A DNA stretch of 64,000 bases from Tubulanus polymorphus (Eukaryota > Animalia > Nemertea). Location: positions 9,246,655 to 9,310,654 of the forward strand of contig NC_134033.1 of assembly GCF_964204645.1 (NCBI RefSeq). The letters are read 5' to 3'. The position numbers and the translations under genes were made by a program. Positions 24,333 to 38,497 of this stretch are shown here, in pieces. Positions within the stretch are counted from its first letter, which is position 1. Every line of letters starts with the position of its first letter. The notes under the pieces were generated by a model. It searched no databases, was not told where the DNA came from, and saw only the letters and a list, made by a program, of their open reading frames with translations.

Positions 24333-27300
24333 CACGAAAAAAGGAGGGGCGGAGGAGTGCGTTAACTGCATTTTTCAAAAAGTTCCAAATTTTTTATTTA
24401 AATTCACGAAAAAATTGTCTCACATGCGTTTCTTTACTGTTTGCTCTCTGCGGTTCTAAGCTCAAAATCAATAGGTTCCAAAGCGCCATACGCAAGACAG
24501 GTGTCACTCGCCACTTTTCCGATTAAATCACCAGATAATATCCGTACGATTACTCTGATCTACAAATACTGCCACTGTATAACAAGAGGACTTTAGAGTT
24601 CTGAGGTTCGAAGAAGCAGTCTTATTAGGAATAGGTTCATAGATGGCAAACTATGAAAAAAGTGAATGGCTAGGAAATATAGAAAAACATCTCATCGATG
24701 TGTGAATAGTACTTTGTAATCAATAAGGTTTAGTCAAGATTATTCCATTTTAGGAGTCAGTTTAAAGACTTATGATTGGTGGTTACACGATGCAAAATAA
24801 GTCAACCAAGTTATAACCACTGGAAAACTCGAGTAAAGCGCAAAACGATTTATCAAATAAATCGAATGTAGCCACATGACATGATTGAAAAAACGCTGAT
24901 CAGTGTTGTGACGATAATATAACGAGATTCCACAATAATGATGAAAAAGTCCGAGATTGGTTCCTTGAGCTGGAGGTTTATTCTAAAGTTTCAACTATAG
25001 CCATCTTCAGCAATACTGAGTTACATCAGAAAACTATGAAATATTGACCAAGAAGGTGTGATCAGTCATGAAAGAAATGTATCTGTCAAACGTTTCTGTA
25101 AAGCTGTTGATATCCTTAAAAAAATATTCTAATATCATGCGCAGAATACCAAAGGTCGGCAGAAATTATTTGAGACTTTGTGAATTAAAATGTGGAGACT
25201 ATCGAATTATTCCATCCACTAGCTGGCTTAAGTCATAATAATCGATCAAAAGTCAAAGGAATCTCTGTTACGCCTATTCAAATACATGTATGTATTCAAA
25301 TATTTTTTTCTTATTTTTCTGTTTGCATTGCGCACGTGGTAATATTATTGTTCATATCTGACGTCATCGACAAATTGAGGCTCGAAGCTCCGCTTGTCAA
25401 TCAACTTCATTGGTTCATACACCAGACCCAACCAATTCCATGAATGATTTTTTTTTCCAGGAAAATGGACCAGCTTCCCAGAATATTTTCCAAAAAAGAA
25501 ACGTTTTCTAGGTAATTTTACAACACCGCTTGTATGCCAAACTTTTATGAACCTGATAATCAGATAAATCAAGATGATAATTTAAACCTTTTTTGATTCA
25601 CAGCCTTTATTTAACTTAGACATTATTGTTATTGACCCATTTGAATATGTTTGCATTTTGTGATGATGCCTTTCGAACCTCTATTGTCTGATGAGCATAA
25701 CCTCCTAAGGCTCAGTTTATGAAAAAGATCCATGGACCCTTTAAAATGCGGATAATTGGAAGAATTATAATCAGGTGAATGAAAAGCCTTCAATTAGATG
25801 TGACAACACTAGATCGGACCAGTTTTTCGCGAAAGTAGAAAGGAGAATAAAAAACATGACACTGGCCTAAATGATTTACTTTTGAACGGATTGCAGGACC
25901 TAGGTAGTCAGTCTCTGAACAATGCGGACCAATTTACACCGGTCTAACTACATGTAGTTGTCGTGTGAACGTAGCTATAATGTTTACCGTGAGACGCAGC
26001 TGTTTCAATGAAATGAAATTACAAGTTGGGAATAGCGTAGGGCCTGCCATAGGCCTATGGGCCCCTCCATTCAACTCGCTGTAAGTACCTTAGGCCACAA
26101 GTCAACTAAAATCAGACTAAAATGCATCAACTTACCCCTATAGCGTCAATTCACAAACATCGCAAATTCCAGTTTCAATTCCCTTGTCTCAAAAATGACT
26201 ATGGTAGACGGATCTGTTGGTGCTACAACTGTATTTTCAACTCTCATTTTTCATTTTCAAATAACAATAGAATCTGATATCCCATGGTTACAGCATTACC
26301 AATATAAAAAGTGTCAGTATTAGTATGATCAGCCATTGCATTTTCAAATTATCAAGTTATTTCATTAACATATGATGGAATGACTTTAAATGAGAAAAGA
26401 ATGTTTGGTATCATCAACAATTACTTATTGGCTGTTGTTTCTATAGTAACTGGCTCCATAACTAATGATAACTAATTATTCGAAAAATTAATTTAGAGGG
26501 TCTTAAATCACTTTTTTCAATTACTGACTGATATTGTAAATTTTATGTAAAAAAAAGTCCTTAGAAAAGAATTCAACCCCCAAATTGCAGTAAAATACAA
26601 AAAAGTGCACCGTTGCCATAGTAACATCCTTGTAAAATTGCTTTAACATTGTTGTCCAGATAACATGTCAGCAGGTATGTTGTAAAAATATCCCAATTCC
26701 ATTTTATAGACGAGGTAATTCCAATTAATTCAATAAAACATTTAACCAGCTATGACTATATGAAAATTCATGGTTTTCCCTAAGCATCCCGTCACCATGG
26801 CGACAGTTGGAAGTATCCCAAAATGTTGTTACTACCAGATAGCCATTGACCCGTGCTAACATGACATGTATAGATTTGTAAAATATTTTATCATACTGGG
26901 CTGCACTAACAACTTATTTGGGCTTCTTACTGCGAAAATGAAGTTATTTTTAATAAAAAGTAAAATTTCGGCATGATAGCATTGTTGAAACTGTTCATTG
27001 TTGCTTTTATCGGATAGGCCATACCCAATAATATATAGGTAGGTCTAAGAATTTTCAATTTATCTACAATACTTTTTGAGTAATCCACCGTTTAAAAAAC
27101 CTTCCTTACAGCATATATTTTACCAGCACGTTACCTTAGCAACGCAATATCTCGGCCCGGCTTATGTTTCCAGGGTTACATATCTGCCCAAATAAGCTTG
27201 AGAATCTTATCTTTCTTCAATGGAAATTTGGGCTTTGAGGTATTCCAGGTAAGCGAAATCATATTTCTAGAGTGTTTTTGAGACTTGGAGCCTGGACTAA

Positions 27301-27944
27301 TATATACGAACCACTGATACATTTGTGTCTTCCTTGTTAAAAGAGGTTGCGAAATCAGTAATCCGGAAAAGTATTGGACAATGCTTAATTCTGCAACTAA
27401 GTGCAAAAGACAATGAAGCTAAATGACAACCATATTTTAAACTGCGACAAAACCGCTGATAAAGTAACTAAAGCTATCTATAACAAGTTCTATTTTTTCA
27501 TTTTTCGGAAACTTTATCAGTTTTGGGGTCAGAGTTTAAAGTTGCTCGATTTACATTCCATCTCTCGAGTGCAAATCTCGGAGTAATTCTCCATATTACG
27601 TGTCTTCTCCAATTCTTCTTTCCCTACGTGTTCCATTCACATATGTCGCACGAAGTAGTTAATAAGAGTATCACAACCATCTTGGGCAACATCTCGTAGA
27701 TACTGCTTTCCCGCCACAACATCCGCAATGGGAAGGAACGCCAAACCATCAAGTTGCCCAGAATAGCTTGAAATCGTCATCATTGTGGTACCTGAATAGA
27801 TAAGAATAAATGAGTCAACAACAATCTGAAGAAAATGAAAAAAAACATTGTCATTTTCTTACCGGTTTGCCATCCCGAGCTCGAGTATCTTGCGCCAGAT
27901 TGATTGTCTTAGGTGGTAAAAACAACCCTCGAACTGCAATGCTT

Positions 27945-28396
27945 GACCGATGAGGTCTCCCCTGCTTCTGCGTATGAAGAGACTGGGCAAATTAAGGTAC
28001 CGGTACTGCAGACGTTCTATGTAAGACAAGCGTTTAATGTTAGTTATCATTCTTGTTGCACGCCTTAGAATGGATTCTAATTTTTCTATATTTACACCGA
28101 AGGAAGGGTTCCAACTAGCTACTGAGAACACCAAACCCTTGTAAAGTTTCAATATTTTTTTTGTATAAGTAAGTTATTGTTTTGCTATGGAATAAAGGAC
28201 TCTATTAGCAGAGGTCGTAATGTCGTCAATATGCGAGTGCGATTTTAAGTCAGCTTGAACAGTCACTCCTATGTCGCGTTCGTTTGATGTGTACTGGAGA
28301 GCCTTTTTTTCGGATTGTGTTTTCATTGAGTAGGAGTACTCTACCTCGGATGTTCCTAACCTCAAAACGTGGCATTTGTCAGGAATGGAATTGCAA
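27945..28396 (-). mobile_element. CR1-like LINE ORF2 C-terminal fragment
   Basis: DKCHVLRLG, ERDIGVTV, LYKGLV, WNP, LESILRRATRMI, SYIERL, LPSL..RRSRGDLI; frameshifted. Confidence 0.85.
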
Positions 28397-28444
28397 CAGA
28401 TTGATTGTCTTAGGTTGTAAAACAACCCTCGATCTGCAGTCCCT

Positions 28445-28537
28445 GGTCGGCTAGTAACGACTCCAACGACTCGTGAGGTCATGGGTTCTGGGAACGACTT
28501 AAGTTTTTTGGGATCGAATCCCTTGACGGTGAAGATG
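28445..28537 (+). mobile_element. Partial 3' end of the family A element
   Basis: GGTCGGCTAGTAACGACTCCAACGACTCGTGAGGTCA...TCGAATCCCTTGACGGTGAAGATG matches 3577-3670. Confidence 0.8.
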
Positions 28538-29749
28538 TGGCGTGCTGGCGTGGCACGTTATCTATATGGATGCGGCGCATTGCTGTGGCGCGCTATCGTG
28601 AATGCGACAACAGGCCTGTTCTTAAATAGAATTTTTGCTTGGAACGATGTCTGAGCTTACCTTCTTTCCGTCGTTGATAGAATCGTCTCACTGGAAATGC
28701 CGGTATGTATTTCTATAACGTTCAACACAGACAAGCAAATAATCCATGGGAAATCATTTTCTGAAGCGATTGTTAAAAAGCGATCTCCAAATTCGCGACC
28801 TTGGCATTGTTTTTGTGAACACTGAATTCACAGTCACGGCAGAAAACAATAGAGCGAACATAATACAATAGAACTTTATTGAAATCTTTTGAATAAAACG
28901 ATGCAACAAATATAGAATTCCGTCCCAAGTAAGACAATTTAATTAATATCATATACTTGATAAAACGAACTATCGGTTATAACGAACTATTTTCTATAAA
29001 GTTCGCTGTAACGATGTTCCACTGTACATGGTACCCTTTTATAATAGACCACCTCACTCTTTAAGATTTACATTTTACAAGGTGCAGTAGCGATTTGTAT
29101 TTATGAATCGATCAGCGTTCGATATCGTAGTACAGGCAAACCTCGTTAGTACTATTCGGCTTAGAACGAAAACCTCAGTAACACGATGAATTTAAGAATT
29201 CATGGCTTTCCGTATAGCATTTTCCTATAAAAGTATTAGCTCAGTACGATCACGTACATATATTGTACTTTCTTATTTTAAAATTTGTAACTTAATTGGA
29301 TTTATGAATCTCATATGTAATAAGTATCAATAAAGAATTGAATAGTCACCTTATACACATGCCATCAGAGGACGCAGAGCCGTATATAACAGCTATGCTA
29401 TTATAAATTGCTAATCTCATGAAACCTGCATACCCTTAATATCGAACTTATTTTCTAAAACATTTGAATATTGAAAATATAGCTCCAAAGCAGCGATAAC
29501 GGGTTTTCTGCACATCCTCGTTCGTATTCTTGATCTTCTGAATACTGTGTCGACGATCGCGTGTACGCTGATCCAGCCGCATCATGCCATAAAAATCGAA
29601 GGTAAGTTAGAATCCTGTTCAACTGTCAAAACGGTTTTTTCAAAGGACGGTTGACAAACAGTCAATGAGACCTACTTTGAAACCATGGATGACATGGATC
29701 CGATGGTTATTTGACTCGAAAATCGACTGTTAGGCCTCAATTAGTCTTT

Positions 29750-29889
29750 ATGGATTTCAAAAGAGCGTTTGATAAGGTCCAACATCAGCGATTACTAAAT
29801 AAGCTATTCGGAAACGGTATCAATGATCGGTCGCTTAAATGGACCAGCAGATTTCTCTGAAGGAAAACAGGTGGCCGAATTCAACGAAA
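29750..29889 (+). mobile_element. CR1-like RT fragment, 5' part (continues at 35703-35800 after a TIR-element insertion)
   Basis: DFKRAFDKVQHQRLLNKL; continuation TSGVTQGSILS; uninterrupted paralogue at 45630-45860. Confidence 0.8.
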
Positions 29890-32800
29890 AAGGGTGTATG
29901 CGACAAATAAGGAAAATACAGTTAATTTCCCTTTTTTCGGCTTAATTTTGAAGTAGATGAAAACCTGTTTTCTTTGAATTGAAGCCACGGGAACCACTTA
30001 ACCTCATTTTCAAGCCGGCTTAGAATAGGCGATGTTGGGTTATTATGTCATTGATTTGCACAAAACGGACACCAGTATAATCAAATTCCCATCCTCGATG
30101 GCGAGCGTTTCCAAAAACCCAGCAACAGTGAGTTCCGGGAACTCATTTTGACATGGAATGTCGGAATCCCAGCCTTTGATAATTTCCCATCTCCACCATG
30201 ACCCAATAGACTCAATTACTGAAATAATTTGCGGACCTCATTTTGACACGACGTTAAGAATTCAAAACCCGCCAAGGAATCGACCACGAAATTGAATTAA
30301 TAAAACTGTTGATAAATGAATAAAAGTTTACCGGTAGGAAATTATACGGAACAATTATCATCTTACCCACGTACGTGTATATTTATACCCAGCATTATAG
30401 ATATTATTGAAGTTTTCAGTTAAACAAGCCATAACAGAATTTACGTGACATGAACTACTACCACAAAATAAGCTTTTCATCTTATTCCTAAAGGAACTGG
30501 TTCAACACTAATCAGTTATCTATTTTGTTACTAGCATGCAAAGCAAAACATTCAAATGTTTTTGATATATTCTAAATGTATTGTTTGCTTTTATTTCTAT
30601 TAACGGAATTGATGGAAAAGTTGTTTAGCTGAATCGCAGTATCGTCTCGCAACTGGATCTTTTATGACACAGTGTATTATACTTTTTCCACTGTCGGGTT
30701 ATTTTCAAAGTGATTCACAATACGCGAGCGGATCTATTGCTATATGATAGTGATGGAGATTGAATACTAATTAAAGATAGAATGTCAGCTCTGTATTAGT
30801 GTATTAGTGTATATAAATATATATATTTATTAACGTGTCATCTCGATTAACAAGCCAGCCTATAATAAGGCTTACAAGACACATTAACATTTACAAGTAC
30901 AACAAACATGTGACATTGGATTAAGAATAAAGAATTTAGAATTTCGAAGTTTCATTGCGGCTGATATGAATCCGCAAACACTTACGATACGACTATTACT
31001 TAGTAGAATTTTAGTTTTTACGGCATTAGACAAAAGATTGATATCTAGTTCTAGGATACCATTGATCTTAGAAAAGAGGTCATTACGTAGATTAACGTAT
31101 TTGTAGCAAGTGCACAAGAAATGTTCCTCTTCTCAACTTCATTCGCTGTACATGCAACACATATTGTTCAATTGGCAAATTGCGGTAGCGACCTAGTTCT
31201 ATGTTCAAGGGGAAAGTACCATTTCTTAACCTTGCTATTGTGGAGCGGTTTGAACGTGATGTGTGTAATTTGACATAGTCTTCTGTTCCAAATTTTGGCT
31301 TAAGTACGGTATAAGTACGGAGTTTTGATTGCAGAGGAACATTTCTTGACCACGTTATTGCATAGTTTCTATATAAAATTATTCTAATATCATTCAAAAC
31401 CTTTTTGATTTGATGGGTATTTAAAATAGATGTTCTCATAAAAATATTCCATATTACATTCAGTTAGAACTGACTTGACGAATGAACACCAATTAACTTT
31501 GCCAATAAAGGCCTGTTCATAATCATAGAGAAACAAATGTTTGGTTAATCTAGTATCTGGCATATTACAAAGACGAAACCATAGGCGCAAAACCTCAATA
31601 CGATGCCTAATAAATACCGGTAGCCATCCCATATCACCTTCAATCGATAACAAAGATGATTTGTATATGCCCATGTAATAGCTAGAAAGGACATAAGTAG
31701 CAAATAATCACGAATCTGAGAATGTTCAATGTATACACTGACTTTTAAGTGTTCTTAATATCCAGCAGTGATGTATAGTGCGTGTATTATTGAAGTTCGT
31801 TTAAGTGTCCATGTGCAATAGGTATTATCGGGTAGACGGAATGGCCTGGTCGCTATCGGTCTATATAGCTTTATGCCCTAATGTTACGGAATTATAAATA
31901 AAATGCTCTAGTATAGGCCTACAAAGAAAGTCTTTACAGCGGTCAAATGCATGGTCTCGAAGAAAGAGCGAACCATGCGAAAGTTGTTTACAAAATAATG
32001 TGAATTATCAGGCCAGTAGTAGGCGGCATTGCAACTGATTCGAAATAGTTGTGTCATCACTAAGAAATATCACTTTTAGATTAATAGTTTTAGCCGGTGC
32101 TCGTGGTAATTCTGATGCGAGAATGGTGTGATCAGATTAAACCAAATGATATTTTAATTTTCGTATAGTAATTACAATTGGTCGTTTGATTCAATTGTTC
32201 ATTTTCTTGAAAATAGAAACCCTTATAGAACTCAGATGGAAAATCCACTATGTTAATCCACTAGTTTAAGCAAGTTTCGTTTTATCTAAATAATAGGCCT
32301 ATGTTCAGTGAGTTTCGATCACAATGAGTTAAATTAGATATGATTATCATTGTTATGAGTATGAGCCAATTAGATTGGACTTATGATTGAACGTTCCGGT
32401 TTCATACAACAAAACAAATAGAATGGATATTCTATATCATGAAAATATATCAAATAATATGTGAAACATTTCACATTGACACGATGCAGTGATATTAGTG
32501 AGCTATTTGTTCTATTGACGTTGACCGTGAACATGAATAAATGTACTTGTACCAGCAGAACAATTTTTGTCAGAACAGTCTTTGAACAGTTGAGTTACCT
32601 CCAGTTGAAGAATTAACTTTATAGTATTTGAAAAAAATGGATTTTAATGCCTGATTCATAAGTCCTCATTTAATATCTTCTGATATCTGTCTCATAATCG
32701 GGCAACGCATATGGTATAGGAACAAACCTCACGGGTTTCAAAGTCCTGAAATAGGCTTTTGAGATCGGAATCGCTGTCGTCATCTTGTTATCATTTTAAT

Positions 32801-35702
32801 ACCTTCAACATTATTCAGAGCTTATCTCTTATTTATTTGGTGTGTCCCTACTAACCCACCACTCCTGCCGGGACTGAATTACGGGCTCGGATTTTGAAGT
32901 CAAAATTCGGGGTAACGAATATTCTATGTATGGATTATCGCAGATTCACTGAAATTTCAGTTTATATAAAACATCCAGTTAGGAAATTCCAGTTCAGTAA
33001 ATAATTCCATTCAACCTGCACCAGCAAGCAACGATCTGGGGCTTTTAGTGTCGGCATTATATAATTATATATAGGCCTACTTTGAAATTCTGAAATAACT
33101 GAGCCATATTGACTGTGTTTTTTCTGCTCTCGTTTTCAATGAATTAATAGTCCGAAAGTTAATATTAACACATAGACTATATAGGCACGCTACGGTTAAG
33201 ATAATAGTGAAATCGATCAGTCTAATGCGACACAGATTAAAGGTATCGGTAATGAAAACTAGTCTATGAAAAATAGGGTGTGAGTGCTGACTCCTACACC
33301 CTAAATTCTAGTAAAGAAATTATTTTTTCATGTGGTCCAACCAGTATTTGATAAATCTATGCCAATGAACCTACAGAAAGATCGCATAGGAGACAGTTTA
33401 GGTGATGGTCTCACTGTATAAACTAATAGGGTTGCTCGTTCAGCCGCTCTCAAGTGCTCTCAAGAATACTTAGTTCTAATCCATCCCAAAATAAATTGTG
33501 CCATTTCTATTTGAAGCCTTTTACCTTATACAGAAACAAGAGGATATCGCCATAGTTGCACCATGGGCTCGCTATAACAAAAACAACTGAGGAGGTCAAT
33601 AGTCAACGGGATCCAATATCCAGTACTCTGCTTTGCAATTAAAATGGACCTACAAAAATCCGAATACATCTCTACATTTTGTTTCATGTCTTTCGATAAA
33701 ATAGAAAAAACCACACTATCAAAAACGATGATATCTAAAATGTGCAATGAACATCTTTAGGCAAATACTGACCTTCAATTTCAAAGATTGTATTTATGGA
33801 TTAATAATACACGATATACATTAATAGACATAATTTAGTTATCGAGCCCATTGCAGGTCTATGCAATCTAATATTATTTGAATATGTATTTATCAAGTAA
33901 GTTAACGCATTAATACGGTTGTTGATTTATAAGCGTGAGTCTATCCGGGTAACGGGTAATAATCCGCCACATAAAAATCTAGCCCTTCCAAATTGAATTT
34001 CATAACATGTTAATCGATGATTCTCATCTTGATTAAGAAAAACATTTATCGATGTTACTTTTTCTACTGAGCACTAGATGATCGACAGTAATCCCTTCAA
34101 AGTGTACTGCGAACGCTAGCGAAGCACACGAATCATTTTAAGGAATGATAACTTGAGGATATTTTGATTCTAGGAGTACGAGTTGTTGATTAGATTCGAA
34201 CCTCAGCCCATAGAATAAGACAATTGGCTAATAAAGGTCACGTGAAAATGAATAATGTCTATTTAACCTAAATTCAATGATTTTACATATATATATTCCT
34301 CAACACCGTTGTAAAAAATATTATCCACGGGTTTCTAAAATATTGCATGTTTCCACTGTTTCCCAATCTCTGCAGTATGCAATCCTTACGTCGAATTAAA
34401 TACTACGATCAGAATTACAATTTCATAACCTTGTTTATCAACTTTAGGTGACAGTGATCAAATGATAATTGAGAATAATAAAGAATATTGTTTCTGAAGT
34501 ATATTTCAGAAACAATATTGCTTGGGGTATGTTTTTCGATTGAATTCGATTAATTCGCCATATAAAACAAAAGCGATCAGACCATTTAGTACCCCGATAA
34601 TACGGATTTAGGCACGGGTATTTGTGCAGGCATCATCATCTCCATATACATATGATAAATTATTGCTGGAGATTTATAATATAAGTCAAAGCACTGATGC
34701 AGCATTGTAGTAAAGATTGACTGTTTATTTCCTGACGCTCGTTATTGCCTATAGGCCTACACAAGAATAGAGATCAGATGAAATGAAGTCCTGTCATTCA
34801 ACCAAACGGATATTCAATTAATTTCGTTAATAAAGAAGCAAACCAAACTAAAGAAATAAAATCATTTCTTTGACAGAATTTGAACTTGGACCCTGAATGC
34901 TTTGTTTTGCACACACCCAGCTACTAACAAAATACACAACGGTTTGTATTGCCTATTGATTCGTTGCGCATGCAGTGAAGTCATTGTAGTGTATAATACT
35001 ATTTCTCGTGGATTTTATTGGAGGTTGGAAAATAAATGCGCTTACACTCTGCAAATATGATTTACACTCTATCAAGCATCAGAATTTGATAAAGTAACTT
35101 ATCTATAATAATTGTGACTTTCATAATTACGGAACTTTGTTCCAGGTTTTGGAACCTAAAACTTCGATTGTTATAATATATTTAAAAAGATGTATAGTGT
35201 ACAACCTACTGATTAATGAGGTTTCAACTTGTTTATATGTAGTGGACTTAAAAATAGTAATATATAAGATAGAATAGTTTTTTGGGAGTTTTTCTTTATT
35301 TTCTACTTGATTTAAATTCGAGTCCCTGGCAGGTTTAAAATGTTTAATGCCGCGTTAACTCCGTAAATCACGGTATTTGACCTTATTGGGCCATTAGGAA
35401 GACGGGAAATTATCGAAGGCTGGGATTCCGACATTCCATGTCAAAATGAGTTCCCGGAACTCACTGTTGCTGGGTTTTTGGAAACGCTCGCCATCGAGGA
35501 TGGGAATTTGATTATACTGGTGTCCGTTCTGTGCAAATCAATGACATAATAACCCAACATCGCCTATTCTAAGCCGGCTTGAAAATGAGGTTAAGTGGTT
35601 CCCGTGGCTTCAATTCAAAGAAAACAGGTTTTCATCTACTTCAAATTTAAGCCGAAAACAGGGAAATTAACTGTATTTTCCTTATTTGTCGCATACACCC
35701 TT
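29890..35702. mobile_element. 5.8-kb non-autonomous TIR element with 4-bp TSD
   Basis: AAGGGTGTATGCGACAAATAAGG...CCTTATTTGTCGCATACACCCTT; ~300-bp near-identical TIRs, degenerate to ~400 bp; TSD GAAA (29886-29889 and 35703-35706); empty site visible near 45760. Confidence 0.88.
30825..31680 (-). mobile_element. 5'-truncated LINE (CR1/L2 group) 3' end nested in the 5.8-kb element
   Basis: GDMGWLP, RLWFRLCNMPDTRLTK, KLRTY..K....E.Y, RLRNGTFPLNIELGRY and a Cys/His tail; frameshifts; followed by AATAAA and an AT-rich tail. Confidence 0.82.
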
Positions 35703-35994
35703 GAAACTGTCTCATCTTGGAATAAATCGGTCTAACTAGTGGAGTCACGCAAGGTAGTATCCTAAGTCGTCTTCTCTTCACTCTCCTGATAGATGATATG
35801 TAGAGTAATTCAAAATGACAGAGTATATTTCCAAAACGACCAAATCTAAAATGTACCCGACAGAGTATATTTCCAAAACGACCTAAACAAGCTGTGTTCC
35901 GTCCATGGTCAGAAACATGGAAGATGGGCTTCAACCTGAAAGGCATGATATGGATATTGGATACAAAGAAAACCCAGGTTCAGATTATACCTTT

Positions 35995-37012
35995 GTGTTC
36001 GAATGAGAAGATTATTTTGTTCGAATAAAGATTACTCATTGTAACGAATCGAAAAGACTATTTAGTTCCACCAGAATTTTGTTCTGGAAAGAAAAACACT
36101 TTGATCGAATAATATGTCTGTTCGAACAAAAATCTTAATGTCCCGAAAAGAAAATCTTGTTCGAATGAAAACAATTCCATTTGATGGAACAATATGCTTT
36201 TTGTTCGAACGAAAACTTTTCTTCGTTCTGACAAAAAAATTTGTTCGAATAAAAAGCTATGTTATTGTTGAAGTGAAAAACTTTTTACCGCGACAAGAAT
36301 TTTGTCGGGTGAAAAAAATTTTGTTTCGACCAAATGTTTGAATGAAAATAATTCGGTTCGATTGAAAAACTTTTTACAATATACTTGTTCAAACAGAAAA
36401 CTTAACATTCTGACAAGAGAATGAAAACGATTCTGTTCAATCGAACAATTGCTCGAACGAAAAACATTTCGTATGGACAAAAAAAGTTTGTTCGAACGAA
36501 AACCACTTTGTCCTTACGATTTTTCAAATTGGTTCAATCGAACGAAATGTTTCTGGTTCGAAAGAAAGTTTTTTGTTTCGACGAAAAATATTCGAGCGAA
36601 GGTTTTTTTGAACAAAAAAAAGATCTTTCTGGGGATCCGCAGTAACTTAAGTCATTAGGAATTAATTCTTCATTTTTGCCAATAAAATAACGTTTATAAT
36701 TGTGATTGATCATTGGAACGATTCTATTCGATCGAACAATTGTTCGAACGAAAAACATTTCGTATGGACAAAAGAAGTTTGTTCGAACGAAAAAAACTTT
36801 GTCCTAACGATTTTTTCAAATTGGTTCAATCAAACGAAATATTTTTGGTTCGAACAAAAATTTTTTTTGTTTCGATGAAGAAAATTTCGAGCGAACGGTT
36901 TTTTGAACAAAAAAAGATCTTTCTGAGGATCCGCAGTAACTTAAGTCATTAGGAATTAATTCTTCATTTTTGCCAATAAAATATCGTTAATAATTGTGAT
37001 TGATCATTGGAA
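35995..37012. repeat. Degenerate GTTCGAACGAAAA-type minisatellite, including a ~295-bp tandem duplication (~36425-36716 and 36717-37012)
   Basis: Recurrent TTCGAA(C/T)(G/A)AAA; duplicated block ending GATTGATCATTGGAA. Confidence 0.85.
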
Positions 37013-37399
37013 GTCAGAACCAGTTAATCACTAATACATGCATTTTAATAAATCTGATTCCTCCTTTATAGTGAACTTAGCTTTAGCCTAGTAGAGGCTA
37101 CTAGCCTACGTAGGCCTATGTATATGCGTAGGCCTAACATCCGGACGGATTGGTGTTATGCCTATTGAATGTCAACCCTCCTGAACATCGTATTCCTACA
37201 CCTTATTTAACGGGGATAGGTCTCTGGGATATTCAATTCGTGAAATCGATTTCGTTTTCGGATTATGAAGAAGGATATCCTTTGTACATCGCAGGAATGT
37301 TGCTGGATTTTTTTTTGCAAATTTTGTTTTGGAGTTCAATCCATGAGTCCGTTAATTGTCACAACAATTACATGTGTTTGTTTGAGACAGTAAACCTCA

Positions 37400-38290
37400 G
37401 TACTGGTAGACCTAAAGGTCACGTACAACTCGATAAACATTTCAAGCGACCCGAGGAACGATCTCCTATCCCCCGCGGCGAACACTTATTCCGAATATAA
37501 GCGTGAGTTCAGCTTACGGATGGGAGTGTGTCATATACTTGTATTCAGTAAATATCTTGCGGATTTGGTAAAGATCGGTATGTACTGTAGGGAAAATTGA
37601 ATGAAGCTCGCGGCCGAATCAAGTAATACAATCTTTTATTTTGATACCTCGTCGACACTACAGCTTTTCTCTACTAAATCTGTTCGGCCTGTTCAGTTTA
37701 GGCCTTAGTCCTACGACTCGCCGGTACTTAAATGATTTATCGTAGTAAATATCCGGTAAATTTGGTAAAGGAAAATAGAATATTGTGAAACTTACTGTTT
37801 GAAGCCCGCGGGCAAATCACTGGTAGTAATAAATTTATTTGTACTTGATTTGATTCTCATGGCACGGAAAAATCGCAGCGGATCCGTGGATGGAACGACG
37901 ACGTAAAGACACACGTTGATTATCGATCTTTACAGCTCAATAGTGCGTATGATATTTATTATATTCAGAGTAGTATATATCATGTGGATCAAGTATACTG
38001 ATGAAGAAAATGGGTAATTGTTAAAATTACTGTTTGAAGACCGCGACTGAATGTGAAGGCTTGCGGCAATAAATTTGTTTATTTACACTTGAATTGATGA
38101 TCGAAGTGAGGACCAGCCTGCGGATGATTTCGGGATGACGACTCTTAAAAACATGTCGCCTCATTGGGGCTCAATTTTCGATGTTTACGGCCCGACAGTC
38201 CCATGCAGTATCTGTAGATCGAAGTGAGCTAAATGAAATAAAACGGATTGTATCGGAAACCGCGTTAAGGTAAGAAAGCCTTTGCAGTTT
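37400..38290 (+). repeat. Block paralogous to 48355-49275
   Basis: Collinear matches, e.g. TCTTTTATTTTGATACCTCGTCGACA and CTGTTTGAAGACCGCGACTGAATGTGAAG in both. Confidence 0.9.
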
Positions 38291-38367
38291 TGACGTCAAT
38301 TGTCAAATAATAATAAACACGTAGTCCAGATGCCGACGTTTTGCTGACTGCCTAATAATATATGTCC

Positions 38368-38497
38368 GTCGGTTCCCCGACCGTTTGCCAACCTCACCCG
38401 ACCCTTATCTGACCATACCCCGTCCATATTTGTCGATTCCCCGACCGTTTGCCAATCTCATTCGACCCGTTTCTGACCAAACCCCGTCCATATTTGT
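38368..38497 (+). repeat. Tandem duplication of a ~64-bp unit
   Basis: TTCCCCGACCGTTTGCCAA...TCTGACCA.ACCCCGTCCATATTTGT occurs twice. Confidence 0.85.

Noticed and set aside
36114-36952. Overlapping Phe/Lys-rich ORFs
   Set aside because: Minisatellite artefacts
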